Source of the DNA: Eledone cirrhosa
Lineage: Eukaryota
Length of the DNA: 64,000 nucleotides
Assembly (NCBI GenBank): GCA_964016885.1
Contig: OZ024740.1
Span: 42,470,001 to 42,534,000, forward strand
Direction: 5' to 3'
The notes below the pieces were generated by a model. The model saw only the letters and a list, made by a program, of their open reading frames with translations, did not search any database and was not told the origin of the DNA. A program made the position numbers and the translations under genes. Positions 27,701 to 41,976 of this stretch are shown here, one piece after another (within the stretch, counting starts at the first letter, position 1; every line of letters begins with the position of its first letter).

Positions 27701-30590
27701 TAGTATTAAGTATACTATTTATGGTTATGCAAATACAGAAACCTTTTGTAGTTATATATATTTTTACAAACCCGAAATACTGGTAGGCAGTAATATATTA
27801 CTACCTTATTACCAGTAAGTTAAATAGCTCAATGTAAAAACATCAGATGATTTACAGAGCAGTTATATGAATTATAAGAATCAAAGAACTGTTCAAAACA
27901 TTTTTATGCTTACAACTGTTTCCTCCAAACCGAGGTTTGGATTCTTCGGAGCAATTTATTATTGAATGAACACTTATATGACCTCCTTTTCACCCAAGAG
28001 ACATACAGATACATATGCAAATATTGTGGGTCAACATTCATTACAGCATTTAGTGTGGCAGTACACATTTAGAGATTACATTCATATTAAAAGATACAGT
28101 CAAAAATACAGTTTAAAATACATGAAATTAAGCGGTTATAGAGTGCAATAGTTATACGTGTGGTAAGCACGTGCATCTTGTTTATATAGTGTGGCAGAGA
28201 GTTACGTGTAATAGAAGCACTTAAGCAGGTAATCAAGAGTGTTAAGGGGGTTGATCTGGTAATTAATTCTTTATATGATTGTTATAGCCTGTGCGTGGAG
28301 AAATAACATAAGCATTAAAACTAATGTAAGCATTAAAAATATTGGAAATGCGTAGCGAAGCGATGATATGGATTTCATGCACTGCGACATTTTCATAGTC
28401 CGGGGAGCGTATTCTTCAGATTATATGCCCCTCACATAATCCACGACGATTCGATATTGGGCATTTGACAATCCTGTTAGAGAATCGTATTCTGATGGTC
28501 TTTAGCTCAATACAGCAGGCTGTTACGTTGCGAGAATCGACATCGAAATATTACCCGGAAGTGTGTGTGTGGCTAAGGGGAGTTAATGCATGAGGGGAGG
28601 TAACTCGGTGGTTTCTATTACTAACTATTAAATTGTGTCTCAAAATAGTCCCTAACTTATATGGTTATGCGCAGTTTCTAAAAATTTAAAGTGTCTTAAC
28701 TATAATGTAGTATATTAAGCTGTGCTGAAGGTGTTCCTATTATGGTGATTATCCTCCATCGTAGAGTACCACAAATGAATATTATACACGACGAGCGAGA
28801 TTTTTAAATTAATGATCATTGTGATTGTAGTCTACTCATAGAACCAGGCAGGGTGATTTCAGAATCACTCCAACACACAATGATCCCTGGTAGGTTCCGG
28901 GTCAGTGCATGCTATATTGGATGTCGAAAGATATTCATCACTAGGGCAGACCAGAGGTCAATCCACAGTCCTCATGTCACTAATCTAACCATCAAATCAT
29001 ACATATATGTACAACCCATACGCCACTTGCAATACATTCACAGCACTCAGCATACCGGTCGTACAGCTCATCAACGTTATTAGATTAATTAGTCTTCCAT
29101 TTATCCAACGATGGCACTTCCTCCGCATAGCACCAACAATACAATAAATTCAATGCTTAAATTCTACATTAACTATAAAGTGGTGTAGTGCAGTTCAAGC
29201 AACTGGATGTAGTCACACCTAAAGTAGAAGTACAAAGGGGTATTCCTGCTGTGAAGGGTTCTAGAGGGATGTCCCGATTAGTGTTATATTAGATCAATGA
29301 GTGTGGGGATGTGGTATAAGGTGTGCCTTTGGTGTTTGATGCTAGAGGTGGTGCCTGGTTCAAGTCCGACATTGCTATATATTGGGCTTAAAGTTTTGGA
29401 AGGAATATCTGAAGCGGTGCTGGCAAGTGGCAAACACTTCAGATTTTTTGTTAAGTAGGTTACGGTTAGAGAAGATAATAGTGTGGGTCTCTAGTATACA
29501 GAGGTTACAAAAGTTATTAGGTGGTTTGTACGAAGTCGCGCTACCTCTCACTTACCATTTGAGTGTGTATGGTTTATTTTTAGTTTTTAGATAGTGTATG
29601 TAGCTAGATAGTGAGGTGGAGCTGGCTAGACTGTGCTTATTGAACGAGTGGATGTGCGAATTATACCTGGTTTTGAAGCAGTTAGAAGTGGAGCCTACAT
29701 AGGTTTCTGAAGAGTTGCTAGTTGTGACGGTGCATGAGTATATGATATCCTTGGTTAGGCATTTTTTATCTAAAGGGCAGGTTCAATTTGCTCTACCGTT
29801 ACAATTATTCTGGGTGTTAGTCTGCTGGTTATAATGCTGTGCAGAAGTCCGGGTGATAGCTATAGGATTTCGGACATTCGGGTTGTCGACCCCGGTGTTA
29901 TTGCTTATACTAGTGTTATTTCTATTATTACTGCCGTTATTAGGGTTGCTTGCTACAGAGGTATTTTGAAGGTTTACCTCCTGTTGCGATTTCGTTTGTT
30001 AGGCGTAAGAATTAATTTTACTTTTATTGCTGCTAGCTATGTGGTATGCTATGTTAGGCGTCGTAGAGTATGAGATTTTAATAGTGTTTTCGTTTAAAAG
30101 TTTATGGTACTTGTGTCCTAGAGGGAGGATTTTATCTAGTAGTGAGAAAAAAGCCCTAGGTGTGTTGGTGGAGACGTTTAGGTTGAAAGGAAGGTTGAAA
30201 CATGTATTATTTCTTCTTCTATTTTTGTTTTTAGTGTCTGGTGTGTTGTTTCCTCCTAAGGTACTACGGTAGTTTCTGTGGTAATGGTTACTTTTGATGG
30301 CACCCTCTGCTTTAGTGTGCGTGTGGTTGCTATTCATATTACTAGGTTTCCCCATGGACATATTGTGCGAGATGATGTTGTAGCTATGTGTTTTCTTAGG
30401 TAGGAACTCAATCTCTATATTATGGCCGGATCTAGCTAATGCTTGATTATAATATTGTTGGGTGAAAAGTAGGTCATATAAGTGTTCATTCAATAATAAA
30501 TTGCCCCGAAGAAACCAAACCTCGGTTTGGAGGAAACAGTTGTAAGCATAAAAATGTTTTGAACAGTTCTTTGATTCTTATAATTCATAT
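27701..30590 (-). mobile_element. 5'-truncated Penelope-like element (RT thumb/linker, GIY-YIG, long 3' UTR) with an inverted pLTR piece at its 5' end
   Basis: YYNQALARSG...RRRNNTCFNLPFNLNVSTN...TIKISYSTTPN; CPLDKKCLTKDIIYSCTV...TYVGSTSNCFKTRYNSH...CNLCILE at ~29400-29780. 30458-30590 is the reverse complement of ~27865-27996. (TA)n on both sides. Confidence 0.92.
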
Positions 30591-30612
30591 ATATATATAT
30601 ATATATATATAA

Positions 30613-30675
<63 letters not shown>

Positions 30676-31246
30676 ATACATATTATATATATATATGTAT
30701 GCGCGCGTGCGTATGTGTGTGTATATAGATAGATACATAGATCAGGCTTATGCCAGTTGAAACTAGTTAGACAATAATTCAGCAGAGTACACGATATTTT
30801 TTAATAGCAGAATATTAATATAGTACTGAGTCAAGGCCCGACGACTGAGCCTTTGCCGTTTAAACAGCAAATTCCAGATTACATGTGTGTGGGCAGAATC
30901 AGGATAGAGATTCGATAAACAAAGTGTTAGCAGTTAATATTTGCGGTTCTATTGGATGTCAAAACATTCAATGCTACCACCACCCACCAACATTATAATG
31001 GGTGGTTTTAGGTATATTGGATTCCAATACAAGGAGAGACATGGAGCCAAAGGTTAACTGGGCCCAGGCATGACCTAGCAGGAAGATTCTTATCCATGTG
31101 TGGATAGATTATCTTACTTTTCTCGTATATGTTAAGATATATATTTTAAAGATTTTTTTATGGTTCTACATAATCATCTAGTCATTCTGTGCATTTACTT
31201 CATGTCAAACTTTTAACATGTTCATAAATATATTGTATCACGACTA

Positions 31247-31505
31247 ACCCAGGTTCTGCTGCATTTCAAGCTGAGCAGGAGGGCAAACTCTTCAAGTATC
31301 GGTCGCTCTCCGGCAGGTTTGCAGTGGTGCCCCTAGCAGTGGAGACGTCTGGTATCCTTGGCCCTAGGGCTACCTCCCTACTTACCACCATAGGCGCTGA
31401 GCTGGCTAGCCGCAGGTGTGAGCCTTGCGAGATGGAATGGCTCTTCCAGTGCATCTCTGTTACCATCCTCTGGGGAAACGCCTTCTCCATTCTGACCACC
31501 GGACC
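31247..31505 (+). pseudogene. CRE-clade retrotransposon C-terminal restriction-like endonuclease fragment
   Basis: PGSAAFQAEQ..KLFKYRSL..VPLAVETSGILG...EWLFQCISVTILWGNAFSIL. Confidence 0.8.
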
Positions 31506-31650
31506 GTGGGGCGGCCAGCATATGGGACTCCATTTGCTCATAATATAGAGAGATGGGGAGGGCGAGAGATTGAGGCGATGACTGTAGGAGTTCGGCTCTT
31601 CCGTGTTCGGACCTGGTGTGCAGCGTCAGTTGTCCGTAGGGAGGTAGTGA

Positions 31651-31651
<1 letters not shown>

Positions 31652-31718
<67 letters not shown>

Positions 31719-31897
31719 TTTACGTCCGCTTTTCTCTGCTTCCAAGGGTGGGACGGGTCCTATTCAGCACAGCATCTCTCCACGTGTTACGGTCCTTCGT
31801 CATCTCCACCGTGAGCTTCAGCAATCTGAGATCTGCTCTCACCACTTCCGCCCATGTTTTTTGTGGTCTTCCTCTACTGCGTCTTTCTTCAACTGGC
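31652..31897 (-). mobile_element. RTE-type LINE 3' end with (ATG)n tail (shorter copy at ~60101-60205)
   Basis: Reverse complement translates RRSRGRPQKTWAEVVRADL...DRNTWR...; adjacent to a (CAT)n tract. Confidence 0.8.
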
Positions 31898-32122
31898 ATT
31901 CATATATATATATATATAAGTATTATATTATTGAAATATAGTAACCGAACCCTCTGATGCTACCACAATGCCAAGATCTAGTTGTATCACATGTTTACCC
32001 TTTCAATTTTCATATATGTCCTGACAATACTCACATATTGCGTTATCTCTCTATATAAAGATTTTATTGTATGTAAGGAAGGACTTTGGCGGCAGATAAA
32101 TGAGAAAAGAATATTAATATCC

Positions 32123-32194
32123 TCCTCTCCTCATCTCCTCCTCCTCTCCTCCTCCTCCTCCTCTTCCTCCTCCTCCTCCTCCTCCTCCTCCTCC

Positions 32195-32243
<49 letters not shown>

Positions 32244-33135
32244 TACCCTCCTCCTAAGCCTTCTCCTCCTCATCATCCTCACCTTCTCCTCGTCACACCC
32301 CCCTTCATTCTTATCATCATCACCATCATCATCATCACCAGCACCACCACCACCACCACCACCGCCATCACCACCACCATCATCATCATCATCATCATCA
32401 GCATCACCATCATCATCATCACCACCACCACACCACCACCACCTCCACCATCACCATCATCATCATCATCATTACCACCACCACCATCATCATCTTCATC
32501 ATCATCATCATCATCATCATCACCAACACCACGACCACCACCACCATCACCATCATCACCACCACCATCACCACCACCATCATCATCACCACCACCATCA
32601 CCATCATCACCATCATCATCATCACCAACATCATCATTCTCATCACCACCACCATCACCACCACCATTCTCATCACCAACATCATCATCATCACCACCAC
32701 CACCGCCACCACCTCCACCACCATCATCACCATCATCATCACCATTACCATCATCATCACGACGACGACGACAACGACCACCACCACCACCACCACCACC
32801 ACCATCATCACCACCACCACCACCACCACCATCATCACCACCACCACCACCACCATCATCATCACCACCACCACCATCATCACCACCACCACCACCACCA
32901 CCACCACCGCCACCACCACCACCATCATCACCACCATCATCACCATCATCATCACCATTACCATCATCATCACGACGACGACGACAACGACCACCACCAC
33001 CACCACCACCATCATCACCACCACCACCACCACCATCATCATCACCACCACCACCATCATCACCACCACCACCACCACCACCACCGCCACCACCACCACC
33101 ATCATCACCACCACCACCACCACCATCATCATCAT
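32123..33135. repeat. Compound (CCT)n/(CAT)n/(CAC)n microsatellite with an internal higher-order duplication
   Basis: Trinucleotide mosaic; the marker cacgacgacgacgacaacgacca recurs at ~32758 and ~32971. Confidence 0.95.
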
Positions 33136-34198
33136 CGTTAGTATTCATTTTCCATTTTTATTTAACGGAGCTGCAATGTTTATAATTAGAGTAAAGTTTG
33201 AAGAAGGATTATATCCAACAAACTGATTATATTCCCCATGCCTGCTACATATTCTACAATGTCGGTTTGATGCAAGATTATAGTATTATCTATTTAAACA
33301 TTGTCCCGGGAACTGAACAAATGTGTGTGTGTGTTTGCCGTCATATATAAAATGGTGAGATGTTGAACATTCCACGAAGTATTAATCGTTGTTACACAGA
33401 GCAAGTATTTCACAAAATCTTTATTTGATATTTTGTCACAATGAAACGAAAGTTAATGATGTAATTTCCTTTTATTTATTTTATACATCCTTATATACGC
33501 TGACAACATTAACAAACTGGATTATGTACATACCTACTAATGTATGTATGTACGTACGTACTAATGTATGTATGTATGTATATATGTATGTATGTATGTA
33601 TGAGTATCTATGTGTATATATATATATATGTGTGTGTGTGTATATATATATGCATGAATGTGTGTATGAATGCATTTGTGTATGCTTGTATGTGTATATG
33701 TATATAAACATATATACATACATATTTATACATACACACAAATGCACAGGCAAACAAACGCACACACACTCAAACGCACACACACACACATACACACACA
33801 CATACACACCCACACACATATATATTATATAGTGTAGAGTTTTATCATATTTTTTTCTAATCTGATAACATTGCTAAATCTTTCAGTAAAATTCCAGTGT
33901 TCGGAAGTCAGAAGACTAAATGACATTCTATTAAATAAACAAACAAGGAAGATTGTATGCAAAATTACATTAGCTTTTACCTTCCATACATAAAGTCAAT
34001 TGAAGATTACTGCATAGAGAAGGTTGTGTACACATTAATTCTTGTATTACTTACAACAAAAAAGGATGCAATGTTGTGAGTGCATATACATTTTGTGTGA
34101 ATTAATGAATGCTAATTTAAATGATAAACACCTTGTGAATGCATAATTCTCTTGTATCTAAGAAACATGCAAACAACATCGTAACTTAGAGTGAAGTT

Positions 34199-34380
34199 AT
34201 GAGGGCCGGTTAAAATATTTATAGGCTGACTAAGATACTCTCATGGAATATGATCAAATGAGGTTTAGTTTTCAACATAGTTCCCCTGGCGGTCCACACA
34301 CTTCTCCCACCATTGTTACAGTGCATGGATTCCATATGTGAAAAAGCTTTCATCCTGTTGGTAAAACACAATTCATCAAT
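34199..34380 (-). mobile_element. Mariner-like transposon 3' end (TIR plus transposase C-terminus)
   Basis: TA-tgagggccggttaaaa terminus; reverse complement encodes GIHAL..WWEKCVDRQGNYVEN*. Confidence 0.7.
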
Positions 34381-35127
34381 AGCATATATAATGTCATCAT
34401 CACTGCAATAGTGGTTTGTCATGCTGGAGATGATAGTTGTATAGCAAGACAAGTTGCTAGTTTGAAATAGTGTGTAGAGCTCACAGACCTGGGCGAATGC
34501 GTCAATAAAAATAACCATTTAGACAAAACATGGATTCGGAGGAATTTTTAAATTCTTCATGGAGTTAAAACTGTCAGCCTGTTTTATAATATGCGGTCAC
34601 GTGGCCGAAACATTGTAGAAAGTTCCATGGGTGAGAAAGGAGCTGATCTAAAAATTTGATATGAGAGTTGACAGGTGATTGTATCCATCAGAGAACGTAA
34701 ATATGAGATACAAATATGTCGTTTAGAGAGAAAGAGGAAGAGAGAGTGAGAGAGAGAGGGTAAAGAAACCGAGGGAGAGAGTGGAGGAGAGAGAGGGGGA
34801 GAAGGGGAGATATAGAGAGAAATGATAGATGGATATAGAGTGAGACACAGAAAAAGAGACAGGGAGAGAGATCATGTTCAATGGACAGGACAGATGTTAT
34901 TAGAAATCAAATGTACACGTGACAAGGTGAATCGAACTTCTACTGAGTCCAATTACAGGGTGAGTCTACTTTCCAGCAACTCTTACTAGAAAAATCGTAG
35001 ATTTTTCGCGTAACGAGGAATACATTCTATTTCTGTGTGTTCTATTTTTGAAGAGATCTGGCTATGATTAAAACGTGCTTAAAAGTAAGGCAAGCCTGTA
35101 CGTCATTCCAAATTTCAATATAACTTA

Positions 35128-35317
35128 ATAACTGTTTCTACTTTAGGCACAAGGCCAGCAATTACCCAGTGCATTACTGGTACTTTATTTTATCGACCCC
35201 GTAAGGATGAAAGGCAAAGTCAACCTCGGCGGGATTTGAACTCAGATCGTAAAGGGACGTAACTATGCTGAAAAGCATGGTGTCCGACCCTCCACCGATA
35301 CTGCCAATCCACCGCCA
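35128..35317 (-). mobile_element. tRNA-derived SINE
   Basis: Family match. Confidence 0.9.
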
Positions 35318-35873
35318 TTATAATATAACTTAATAACAATAGATTATACGCGTTATAGTTTGCATATTCCTGCATTAAATGGTATAAGAACACACCATTG
35401 CCTGTACGAATACCGTTTGTGATTTAATAACTGCAAGCTTCAGCTATTACCGTCCAATACCTGCGATGAAATCAAAATTAATTACTGTATGATATAATAA
35501 GCGTAGAAATATTTTACTTTCCTGTATGATAAGGTACAGCATGAGGGATAGAAACTAGGCAAGTCGTGCTGTTTGTAATAGGATGTGTGTGTGCATATGT
35601 ATATAAGCGCGCATATATTACCAATATAATTATTACAAAACCTTGAAAACAAAATTGTCAAAATAAATGTGAAATATATAGTAAGCATAATATGCACAAA
35701 TAAGCATATTATACAAGTTATGTAACATAACACGACGAGGAATCAATGACAAACATGTAAAGCAAAGCGAAGCAACATTATAACAGAGAATATACATTTC
35801 ACTTAGAGTAATGAGACTCTCAGATATCAAGTAGAACACTTGCGAGATATCTGAATATGTAATTGAATGTAAT

Positions 35874-36232
35874 ATAATTGTTTCTACCTTTGGCACAGGG
35901 CTAGCAATTATTCCAATGCATTACTGGTACTTTATGTTATCGACCCTTACAGATGAAAGGCAAAGTTAACCTCGGTGAGATTTGACCTCAGACCGTAAAG
36001 GTACATAACTCTATGCTGGAAAGCATGGCATGCATCTCTGTACCAATACTGAATATAATTGTTTCTATTTTTTTACACAAGGCCAGCAATTATCCCAGTG
36101 CATTATGTATCGACCCCGGAAGGATGAGAGGCAAAGTTAACCTCGGTGGGATTTGAACTCAGACCGTAAAGGGGCGTAATTCTATGCTGCAAATCATGGC
36201 CTCCGACCTTCTACCTATACTGCCAATCCACC
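35874..36232 (-). mobile_element. Two tandem SINE copies
   Basis: Family matches starting at ~35874 and ~36055. Confidence 0.88.
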
Positions 36233-36518
36233 AATATAAACATATCCGTAGTTTCCCGTTTTCAATATTCGAACTGCAATATTCTAGGATGACTAGAATT
36301 TTTCTTAGTATACATAGGTATCACGATAAGTGTGAACCAAACCAAGTAATTAAATTAGGGTTCTCTCTGTTAGTCAAGAGAAATAGTTTTATTGGTATAA
36401 ATTCTAAAATCATACTAAGTATAATCAAATGTCAGAAGAGTAAACAAATCAATTCATGGTCCATTGATCTGCGCAGTATAATAAATACTCAGGTCACCTC
36501 TTGAATCTACATTAAAAA

Positions 36519-36773
36519 ACTGGTGTTCCAGTTGGTTCGATCAACACAACAACCTGCTCGCGAAATTAACGTGCAAGTGGCTGAGCACTGCACAGTACCC
36601 TTAACGTAGTTCTCGGGGAGATTCAGTGTGACAGACACAACTCATTTTTGCCAGCTGCATGGAGTGGAGCAACGTGAAACAAAGTGTCTTGCTCAAGGAT
36701 TCAATGTGCCGCTGGGAATCGAACTCACGAACGTACAATCGTGAGCCTTATATCTTAACCACAATGCTACCCG
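36519..36773 (-). mobile_element. Second tRNA-SINE family, partially deleted
   Basis: gggaatcgaactc (B box, reverse complement) and cttaaccac (A-box region); body gagcaacgtgaaacaaagtgtcttgctcaagga. Confidence 0.75.
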
Positions 36774-37696
36774 CTATCGATATGTAAGGTGTAATGGCAT
36801 TTAAAAATAGAGTGGGAATCGGTTTTATTTAGTAGAAATGGTACATAATGAAAGTGGCCCATCATGAAAGTGGATAAATCTATGACAAATAGAGGTGTTG
36901 GAGAGGAGTAGGAAGAGAAAAAAGAAAGGAAAGGAAGGAATACGAGAGAATGTAGTACGGGAAGTGAGAGATGGATGGAAATTAAGAATTAAAAGGAGGT
37001 AATGAAAGATATAGAGGAGTATGAGTGGAGGAGAAGATAAACTCTGAATGTATAGTTATAGAGAATCCCGACAATATTCCGGTGGGGTTCAGGTATTTAG
37101 TTGGTTGAAACTGAAATGTACCCGGAAGAAGAATATGTTTAAAAGTTTTCAACTTGAATACACTTGTATATAAAGGAGAGAATGTTTTCTTCTGTTTAGA
37201 AAATTACAGGCGAGAGCCAATATCTAAACTACTCAGTGAGACAGGTTACACTTAATTCCACCCCAACAATATAGAAACCTTTTTGCGGTATACTCCTCAG
37301 TTGATTAGAGGGACTTTGATTCTTCTATCTTTCAGCAGCGAGATATACTTTGAAAATGAGTTGGAATTACGGTCTCTAAATGGAGCTTTAAATATGTTCT
37401 TTGTAAGACAGATATAAGTATTTTACATATGATATAGACTGAAAACATTTGCTTTATATACAATTTCACTCTGGAGTACCTTAGTATTGAATGGATGACT
37501 GATGCTATTGATACAACTACATTCCCTACGGTACAGACAACGGGAGTTGAACCATGCACCTGCTGTGTACCGATTAAGTGATTGCTCCTGTAGTCATATA
37601 TATTTTATGGGGTTATATGTAGTAATAAGTTGTTGTATATAAGTTTGTAGCTATATGTAGTTTGTGGTTTTGATTGTGTAGTATATAGTTATTATA

Positions 37697-37752
<56 letters not shown>

Positions 37753-39094
37753 ATAATGCGTACACATATACATGCATTAATATATTCGAAATGCGTGAGA
37801 GAATAAGGTTTTTCAGTGCCAGTAATTTGGTGTTAATTCCAATTCTGTATATATGATTTATTGATTATACGCCGGGCACTGTACTAAGATCTTTGGATCA
37901 ATTCTATGTGTGATGAAAATATATAGGTAATTATTCACAATAGAGCGAGATAAAGTATAGTATATATATATATATATATATTATCTATCTATGCTGATAT
38001 GTTCTCAATGGCTAGATTTATCTCTTATCCGATTAATGCCATGGAACGCGGAGAAATGCATTCGCCTGTAGAAACCCCAGTTAGCTTGTTTGTTTATTTC
38101 GCCTATCCTGTTACTAAATCTGAAGTTTGGTTGACAGTTAAAAAGGAAAAGTAAAGTTATATATAGTTTGAATTTCAGCAATCGCTTTCGATATGTCAAT
38201 ATATATAGCTGAAAGCATTAACAGATTCCAGTGTTTATCTTTCTGCAGTGTTGCTAAGAAATGCTTACTTATATCTAATCTAATCATTAGTTCGTTAGTT
38301 GTCAAGGGATCTAAGAGAGTAGCTGTTGTTAAACGTCAAGATTCCTCTAACAGAGAAAAGCTATCGTGAAAAACCCTCTAATAATTACTATCCCATCCTT
38401 TTCTTTTCCCACAGCGTCCATTTTGAACCACATTCTCAAATCAATCCTTCCTTTTTTTATGAGACGATTGAGTGTTATATGAGGGAGATTTGGCTGCTAT
38501 TCCTCGTAATTCGAACGTATGTGCCCCTTGTCGGAAATATATTTTATGCATCGCACCAATGAAATTTCCTGCTGAAGGATAAGAGGGCGGTAAAGAATGA
38601 ATGTAGAAAGCATCTTCATATAATCAATATTTGTAAAAGAACTGATAGGGTTGAACCAGTTAAGAAGTGGGTTAAACGGTAGAAACAAACATTATTCAAC
38701 AAATGTCAGTTGGATTATATAATGTTTGCAATAAAAAAAAAAGAAAATGAGAAAAATATTTGATAATGAAAGTAAGAAAAAGGTGAAGGTGCAAGCAGCT
38801 GACTCTACACCCAATTCTAGGCCATATATCTCAGCTGTGCCCTGTGGGTGAAATGGCAAATGTATTGCTGCGGTGAACAACCGACGAAACCCGTTTCATC
38901 AGAGGCTCCACCCTTACAATTTTGCGAATTAAAAATATTGCTGACCCATTTCAACCACTCTAGATTTTAAATCCACGTACAAGTATCTGCCTTCCCCCAT
39001 ACTGGAGTTAATATTACATTACAGTGGAGTTATTGAAAGGCTATAACACTACACAAATAAATAATTGTAAAATGTAATGATGATGATGATTGTA

Positions 39095-39518
39095 ATAATA
39101 ATTGTTTCTACTTTTGGCATAAGGCCAGCAATTATCCCAGTGCATTACTGATACTTTAATTTATCGACCCCATAAGGACGAAAGGCAAAGTTAACCTCGG
39201 CGGGATTTGAACTCAGACCATAAAGGGCCGTAATTCTTTGCTGCAAAGCATGGCGTCCGACCCTCTACCGATACTGCCAATCCACCGCACTTTTATAATA
39301 ATAATAACAATGGTTTCTGATATACGTACAAGGCCAACAATTTTGGCGGGAGGGGAAAGTCGAGTAAATCGACCCCAGTACGTTACTGGTGCTTTATTTC
39401 ATCGACCCTGTAAGGAAGAAAGGCAAAGGTAACTTCAGTGGGATTTGAACTCAGAACGTATAGTGCTGTAACTATATGCCGCAAAACATGTTGTCTGCTG
39501 CTGCCAATACACCGCCCT
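39095..39518 (-). mobile_element. Two tandem SINEs (main and variant subfamily)
   Basis: Family match; same pairing of subfamilies as at 3409-3730. Confidence 0.88.
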
Positions 39519-40352
39519 ACTAATACTAAATAGTATTCTCTATATTTTGCTTTTTAGTCCTCTTTTCCATAATAACACGTCTTTTAATTAGTAAACTCGA
39601 TCTGTTACAAAGGCCAGTATGTCTGCCAAAAAAGGAGGTATCGCTGCCGAAAAGCGGGTAAAGCTGGTATAGCTGCCGAAAAAGTCCTTATGACTGCTGA
39701 AAAATTACTGCACGAGACATTATATTATGTAAGTTGTCTGTACCAATCAGTAAAAAAGAAATTTAAGGAAAATTCTAAAATACTGAAATTTTGAAAACTT
39801 TTTATTGCTTATATTTTTAATAGTTTGTATTCTAAAATACATATTTATATATTATATGTTATTATACAAAGACAGACACAATCACACAAAAAACCCACAC
39901 GCAACCATACACACACAAAAACACCCGCACACCCACACCCACTCCCACACACCCGCACGCTAACATACATATATAATTATTTGGAACGCTATACATGAAG
40001 CTTAAACATAACACCAATAATTGATATAAATTGACTCAGATACGAAGCTAACTTATAATCTAAACGTAATTACAAAAAAACCGAGGCATTCTGTCTCCAA
40101 ATTGTTGAATTGTTGAAGTAAAATTAGAGATTCAAATAAAAATAGCATGAATATAGTTTAATTTTCTGGGTATTAATGATAGAGAATGTACTAGTCATGT
40201 GTTGCTAGTGACTAGAAATAACAAAAGATAGGTTTGATAAGTATTGCAGACTTCAACATCCTATTTATAGACACACCGCTTTCAAATTTCAAATCTTTGG
40301 AGCAACTTATACAGCTATCTACGAATATATTCTTGAAATACCTACATACCTA

Positions 40353-41201
40353 TCTACATATATAAAACTGAGGATGTCTGTCTGTGTGTGTGTGAGTTTG
40401 AATCCCTAAAACTCGAGAACCACCCAACCGACTGTTTTCAAACTTTACACATGTAATACTTATGTTTCAGGGAGTGTTCTGAGCAAAAAACAATTTCAAA
40501 TGTTCAATGCCCTAGGACGACATTAGGTGATTTAGCAAGCTCTCTCTATATTTCTTAGTCTTTCTCTTTTTAGATAGATACATACATATAGCGTCGCGCC
40601 CTTATAATATATGTCTGTATTACGTCACTTCCCTGAGGATGTCTGTCTCTGTGAGTTTGAATCCCTAAAACTTGAGAAGTACCCAACCGATTTTTTTCAA
40701 ACTTTACATGTGTATTACTTATGTTTCATGGAGTGTTGTGCACATAAAAAATTCGACTTTTTGACTCCTAGGGCCCGAATTAGGTGAAAAACTGCGTTTT
40801 TTAAAGCTTTTTAGGGCTTTTTTGAAATTGTAACTATGTATTAGTCAGTCTCTTCTTCATACCGTGAGCAAAGAAAATCCAACTTTTTTATGGCCTAGGT
40901 GAAAAACTTCATTTTTTCAGCTTTTTAGGGCTTTTTGGAGGCGTTACGTCTAGCCGATTTTTCCGAAATTTCAAGGCACATAAAAAAATTCATTTTCTTG
41001 ATTCCCTAGGGCCCGCATTAGGTGAAAACCTGACTTTTTCCTGCATCATTGAGGAAAATCTTAAAGATTATCCACCCATCAGAGTATTCGGTTTATTTTC
41101 TTTACATATTGTCCAGGCATCCAGTTTTTCCACGATTAGGTCTGTTGGCGGCCCGCCTTCCAAAATACCTTATCCCGTGCAACGCCGGGTACCACCGCTA
41201 G
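40353..41201 (+). mobile_element. Non-autonomous Helitron
   Basis: A|TCtacatatataaaa start; subterminal hairpin cccg-tgcaacgc-cggg; CTAG|T end; no TSD; internal duplication at ~40368 and ~40633. Confidence 0.85.
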
Positions 41202-41417
41202 TATTCTATATATTACATTATGTATACTGTATCATTGCATCTCTCTCACACATAAATACACATATACATTCACACACAGTATGACTGTCACTCATATATG
41301 CATCATGTACTTATACAGCATATATATATATATAGTAATAATAATAAATTTGAAGACTAAAATCCAAAGAGGGCTCGATAAGGATAAATATATATCAAAT
41401 ATATAAGAACCGTAGAG

Positions 41418-41457
<40 letters not shown>

Positions 41458-41460
<3 letters not shown>

Positions 41461-41941
41461 GATATTGAATAAATAGAAACTATATTTATAAAACCATATT
41501 TATTTTATTATATATATTTCAAGGGTACCAAGACAACATTAGTACGCTTTCATCAGATAAAATACAAAGTTTATATAAATAGAGACATACCCATGAAAAT
41601 CATACCTTATCGGTTGGAAATTCACTGGATAGTGGAAATATATTAGGCAGTTTTCAAACTTATGTGTGGGTATACAAATGAATATGTAAATAATTGAAAA
41701 AGAACCGTTTATTTAAACGACTATGGAGAGATAGGGAAGAGATAAGAGGAGAAGGATAAAAAAATAGTACGAGAGAGAGAGAGAGAAGAAACAAACAAGA
41801 GAAGATGAATAAAACTCGTATTACGTTAATTTTGGGGAAATATATTCTAAGTATATATCTTAATAGTACGTGTATTTACGATTATTAGTTGTTTAAAATT
41901 TGTTTTAATATAATATTTTCTGTTATAAGTAGATAAATACA

Positions 41942-41976
<35 letters not shown>

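Noticed and set aside
28385-28427. Second CTGAAGA...GAAA motif (minus strand) in the PLE UTR
   Set aside because: No valid stem III with NUH triplet or matching stem I.
32279-33148. Gly/Asp-rich and Met/Val-rich ORFs
   Set aside because: Stop-free frames of a CAC/CAT trinucleotide tract; no gene context.
38883-38902. CTGATGA on the minus strand
   Set aside because: Part of a simple hairpin with no downstream GAAA and stems.
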